Positions 59,225 through 64,000 of a DNA stretch of 64,000 nucleotides are shown here, in pieces (position 1 is the stretch's first letter; every line of letters begins with the position of its first letter). The notes beneath the pieces were generated by a model, which saw only the letters and a list, made by a program, of their open reading frames with translations, made no database searches and was not told the origin of the DNA. Position numbers and translations under genes: made by a program. The stretch is from Eledone cirrhosa (lineage: Eukaryota): NCBI GenBank assembly GCA_964016885.1, contig OZ024752.1, forward strand, positions 47,678,001 to 47,742,000, given 5' to 3'.

Positions 59225-59613
59225 GAGATCTTTACAATGCACACATAAACACGTAGACATAATATGCTGCTAGAACAAAAGGGACATCGCTGGAATAACA
59301 ACTTGAGGCTTTGGCTTTCACAGAACACAAAATATCTAACCATCTACCGTCTATGATTCCTATTGATCAGAGATCAGAGAATAGCAAGATATTCCAAACC
59401 CATCCTAGAATCTTCTCCAAGAGATAAACAGTAAACAAAACACTCGAAGAAGAATTCCGATGCCAATGAGGTTATCTTAGGTTTAATATGTTCTGAAGAG
59501 ATATAGGAAAAATACCAATATATAGTTTCATGTTTTATTGTTTTGTGTGGTGGAAGATATACGCACACGCATATGTATATATGTATATGTGCATGTATGT
59601 ATATATATATATA

Positions 59614-59811
59614 TCATCATCATCATCATCATCGTTTAACGTCCGTGTTCCATGCTTGCATGGGTTTGGACGGAGGGTTTTCCCACTTGAGGCAAGAGTG
59701 GTTATCTTGCTCGCATAGGACTATCTGGCGGGTTTTCTACAGCTGGATGCCCTTCCTAACACCAACCACATTTACAGTGTGGGGCTGGGAGGTTTTTACC
59801 GTGTTGCCTAC

Positions 59812-59843
<32 letters not shown>

Positions 59844-60075
59844 CATCATCATCATCATCATCGTTTAACGTCCATATTCCACGCTTCCATGGGTTTGGAC
59901 GGGAGTTTTCCCACTTGAGGCAAGAGTGGTTGTCTTGCTCGTATAGGACTGTCTGGCGGGTTTTCTACGGCTGGATGCCCTTCCTAACACCAACCACATT
60001 TACAGTGTGGAACTGGGAGGTTTTTACCATGTTACCTACACGGCCACATTACAGCGTGGACTGTGTGTTTTTTTG
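59614..60075 (-). mobile_element. Two tandem RTE 3' UTR fragments with (GAT)n tails
   Basis: 59614-59811 and 59843-60075 both match 37943-38185. Confidence 0.85.
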
Positions 60076-60152
60076 CCAAGCATGAACCTAATATAACTGT
60101 GTAAAATAGCCTCCTATGTTTTGTTTGTTTCATTTATTAACTATACACACAT

Positions 60153-60413
60153 ACAGGGCAGAGGATATACGACGGCTGGAGAGAAATGAGGCAAGCATGC
60201 TCCGTTGGATGTGCAGTGTCAATGTGCGTGAACGACTGAGCACGACTGTGTCTGAAAGGGATAGATTGTAGTGAGCGAGAGAGGAGACTGCAGTGGTATG
60301 GACATGTGATGCGCATGGAGGATGACCGATGGGTGAAAGAAGTGCCAAGAAATGCCAGTTGAAGGAAGACGTGGTAGAGGAGGTGGTGTGAGCAGACTTC
60401 AGATCGCTGAAGC
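60153..60413 (+). mobile_element. Internally deleted RTE LINE ORF fragment
   Basis: RRLERNEASMLRWMC...WYGHVMRMEDDRWV; homologous to 26320-26557. Confidence 0.8.
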
Positions 60414-61726
60414 TATATGTGTGTGTGTGTGTGTCTGTGTGTCTGTGTGTATATAATAATAATAATGAAAATATTGTGTACAGTGCTCAGGTGCACTACA
60501 ACTCATCAAAAAGTGTATGTATAGTACATAGGGTAATGTACAAACATCAGGAAAATGAACAGTGCAATATATATATATATGCATATATATGATATATATA
60601 TATATACATATATGTATATGCTGAGCTTCTGTGTACAGTTTACATCTGCCAAATTCCATTCACAAGAAATAGATCAATGTGAGACAAGACTAGTAGAAAT
60701 ACTTGCTCAAGATGTCCAAGAATGGTACTGAACATGAACCTATGTGGTTATAAAGTAAACCTTGTAACCACAAATGTTTATATATTTTTTGTTCTCTATT
60801 TTCAGTTTTTTTTCCACTTTCCTTCCTTCTTTCCTTTCTTTATGCTCTCTGTTTTATTTATCAAAGACATCCACTTGAGGTTCTTTGAAGTCTCTGTAAT
60901 ACAACAAACAGCTGACTATCAACAACACCACCATCACCACCGCTACCACTGTCACCACCACCACCACCATCTCCACTACCACTGTCACCATCACCACCAC
61001 TTTCACCACTGCCACTGTCACCACCACCACCAGTTTCACCACCACCACTACCACCACTGTCACTAACTACAACAAAAACACTGTCAACACCACCACTACC
61101 ACTGTCACCACCACCACTTTCACCACTACCACCACCACCATCATCATCATCATCACCAACGATATTGACACCACCACCACCACCTGTTTCAGTGTAAGTG
61201 TATATGTGTGCTTGTGTGTGTGTGTATATATATGTGTGTGTGTGTGTGTATGCGTGTGTGTGTATATATATATATATATGTGTGTGTGTTTATATATATA
61301 CATGTGTGTTTATGTGTGTTTATATATATACATGTGTGTTTATGTGTGTATGTGTGTGTGTATATATACATGTGTGTGTGTGTATGTATGTTCTCTAAAC
61401 ATACATCAAAGTCAGTGTTCTCTGGTGGCAGTATGACAGCTAAGGATCTTTGAGATTTTCACTCCACTCAACTCACCATAAAAACCTTGTTTGCTGTTTG
61501 CTTCTCTCAAATCCAAGAAACACCAAATACAAAAACAAACACACACCAAACCCAACCAACAAACACACACTAAACCATCTATCTAGTTGCTGTTGAGGTA
61601 TTTTAGTACTTTCTCTCCTACAAGACAGCAAGGAAAAACACATTGGTTGACCCAATACACAGAAGTATTGTGAGCAGAAGTACATAGTCAATCAAAAGTC
61701 TTTTTCTCTCTCTCTCAAGCTTTTTA

Positions 61727-61762
<36 letters not shown>

Positions 61763-61811
61763 GCTTTTTATCTCTCTCTCTCTTTCTTTCTCTCTCTCTC
61801 TCTCATGCTTT

Positions 61812-61850
<39 letters not shown>

Positions 61851-62560
61851 ATGCTCTTTATCTTTCTCCCATGCTCTTTCTCTCTCTCTCTCTCTCACAT
61901 GGTCTTTCACATGCTTTTTCTCTCTCTCTCTCTTTCTCTATCTCTCATGCTCTTTATGTCTCTTACACTCTCACACTTTCTTCCTCTCTTTCATAGTCTC
62001 TCTCTCCCTCTCCCTCTCTATCCTATTTAAATTAAAATCTCTCAACATAATTTTATGTAATAACAATATGTAACGTGTCTATCTTAGTAACAGAATAATT
62101 AATAATTTGAATAAATCCTTAAAAAATCTGCATTAAGTTCAAATGGCATCACCAGCCCCACAACCGCGGCCATCACTATAATATCTCCCTTCATCACAAC
62201 CACTACAACCACCATAGCCTCCATCATCACTACCAGCAAGATCTATAGTCCAACCACCACCATCACCACCACCATCACCACTGACACCACCACCACTACC
62301 ACCACCACCACCACTACCACTAGCACCACCACTGACACCACCACCACCACCACCACCATCACCACCATCATCACCACTGACACCACCACCACTACCACCA
62401 CCACCACCACCACCATCACCTCCACCACCACCACCACCACTGATACCACCACCACCACCACCACCACCACCAACTCAATAGATCCAGAACATGAGTTGCT
62501 GATGCTGACCAGCTTATAATAACCATATATAGTAAGTAGAGAGAAAGTATATATATATAT

Positions 62561-62603
62561 ACAGAGATTGTAACGTGTATATATATATACACATTACAAT
62601 CTC

Positions 62604-62657
<54 letters not shown>

Positions 62658-62736
62658 GATTGTAATGTGTATATATATATCTATATATCTATATCTATAT
62701 ACATACAAGTAATATATATATACACATTACAATCTC

Positions 62737-62792
<56 letters not shown>

Positions 62793-62872
62793 GAGATTGT
62801 AATGTGAATATATATAGATATATATATATATCTATATACATACACACATATATATATACACATTACAATCTC

Positions 62873-62908
<36 letters not shown>

Positions 62909-63290
62909 GAGATTGTAATGTGTATATATATATATATATATATCTATATACATACACACATATATATATATACACATTACAATCTCTCTGTATATATATA
63001 TACAGAGAGATTGTAATGTGTATATATATATATCTATATATATATCTATATACATACACACATATATATATACACATTACAATCTCTCTGTATATATATA
63101 TATATACACAGAGAGATTGTAATGTGAATATATATATATCTATATATCTATATACATACACACATATATATATATACACATTACAATCTCTCTGCATATA
63201 TATATACAGAGAGATTGTAATGTGTATATATATATATCTATATATATATATCTATATACATACACACATATATATATACACATTACAATG

Positions 63291-63300
<10 letters not shown>
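62561..63300. repeat. Tandem array of alternating inverted 16-18 bp arms separated by (TA)n
   Basis: cacattacaatctctctg and cagagagattgtaatgtg alternate 7 times each. Confidence 0.92.
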
Positions 63301-63364
<64 letters not shown>

Positions 63365-63529
63365 TAGGTACTTTAGCAAAAATATATCAAACCTATCAGA
63401 AGGAAATGGCTGAGACACGGACAAAGAACATGAAGGCAGAAGTAAAGAAGATTAAAGCAAATATGTTGTGTTAGGAACATTTATTCTTAGTTAGATGTCC
63501 ATTTCTGTGTCTAGTCATCCAGCTACTTC

Positions 63530-63561
<32 letters not shown>

Positions 63562-63582
63562 TATACATATAGACACATTTAT

Positions 63583-63642
<60 letters not shown>

Positions 63643-63643
63643 C

Positions 63644-63735
<92 letters not shown>

Positions 63736-64000
63736 CAAACACACAGATACATATATACACACATATATGTATATAATATATATTTATTTACCTACACACC
63801 CATTCACACATATATACACACACCACACACATCACTATTGACAGGCAGTGGTCAAGATTTCAAGATTCCATGATGATATATATCCATATATATATATAAA
63901 TATAGACATACATAAATATATATATATATAAAAATATATATATATATAATATATAAATATATATATATAAATATATACATAAATATATATATATATATAT

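Overview
AT-rich, repeat-saturated animal genomic DNA with no recognisable intact protein-coding gene. Almost all ORFs in the track are translations of (TA)n, (TATG)n, (CA)n, (GGT/ACC)n and (CAT)n microsatellites. The SINE types suggest a cephalopod, probably octopus (inference). Ordinary content: tRNA-derived SINEs, 5'-truncated RTE- and CR1-type LINE fragments, a decayed pogo/Tigger transposase, TTAA-flanked piggyBac-type MITEs and several minisatellites. The main signal is about 13 type I hammerhead ribozyme (HHR) motifs from at least 8 unrelated sequence families. Most sit in (TA)n runs, often as fold-back inverted repeats, and are best read as pseudo-LTR remnants of Penelope-like retroelements (PLEs). 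Across families they share unusual features: a U.U opposition at the base of stem II, one U3-A8 core covariant, 60-90 nt stem II extensions, fold-back junctions at the 5' edge of the ribozyme, and a TYGAGTRCY motif 40-70 nt before the 3' end. All structures were paired by eye and none is tested for activity.
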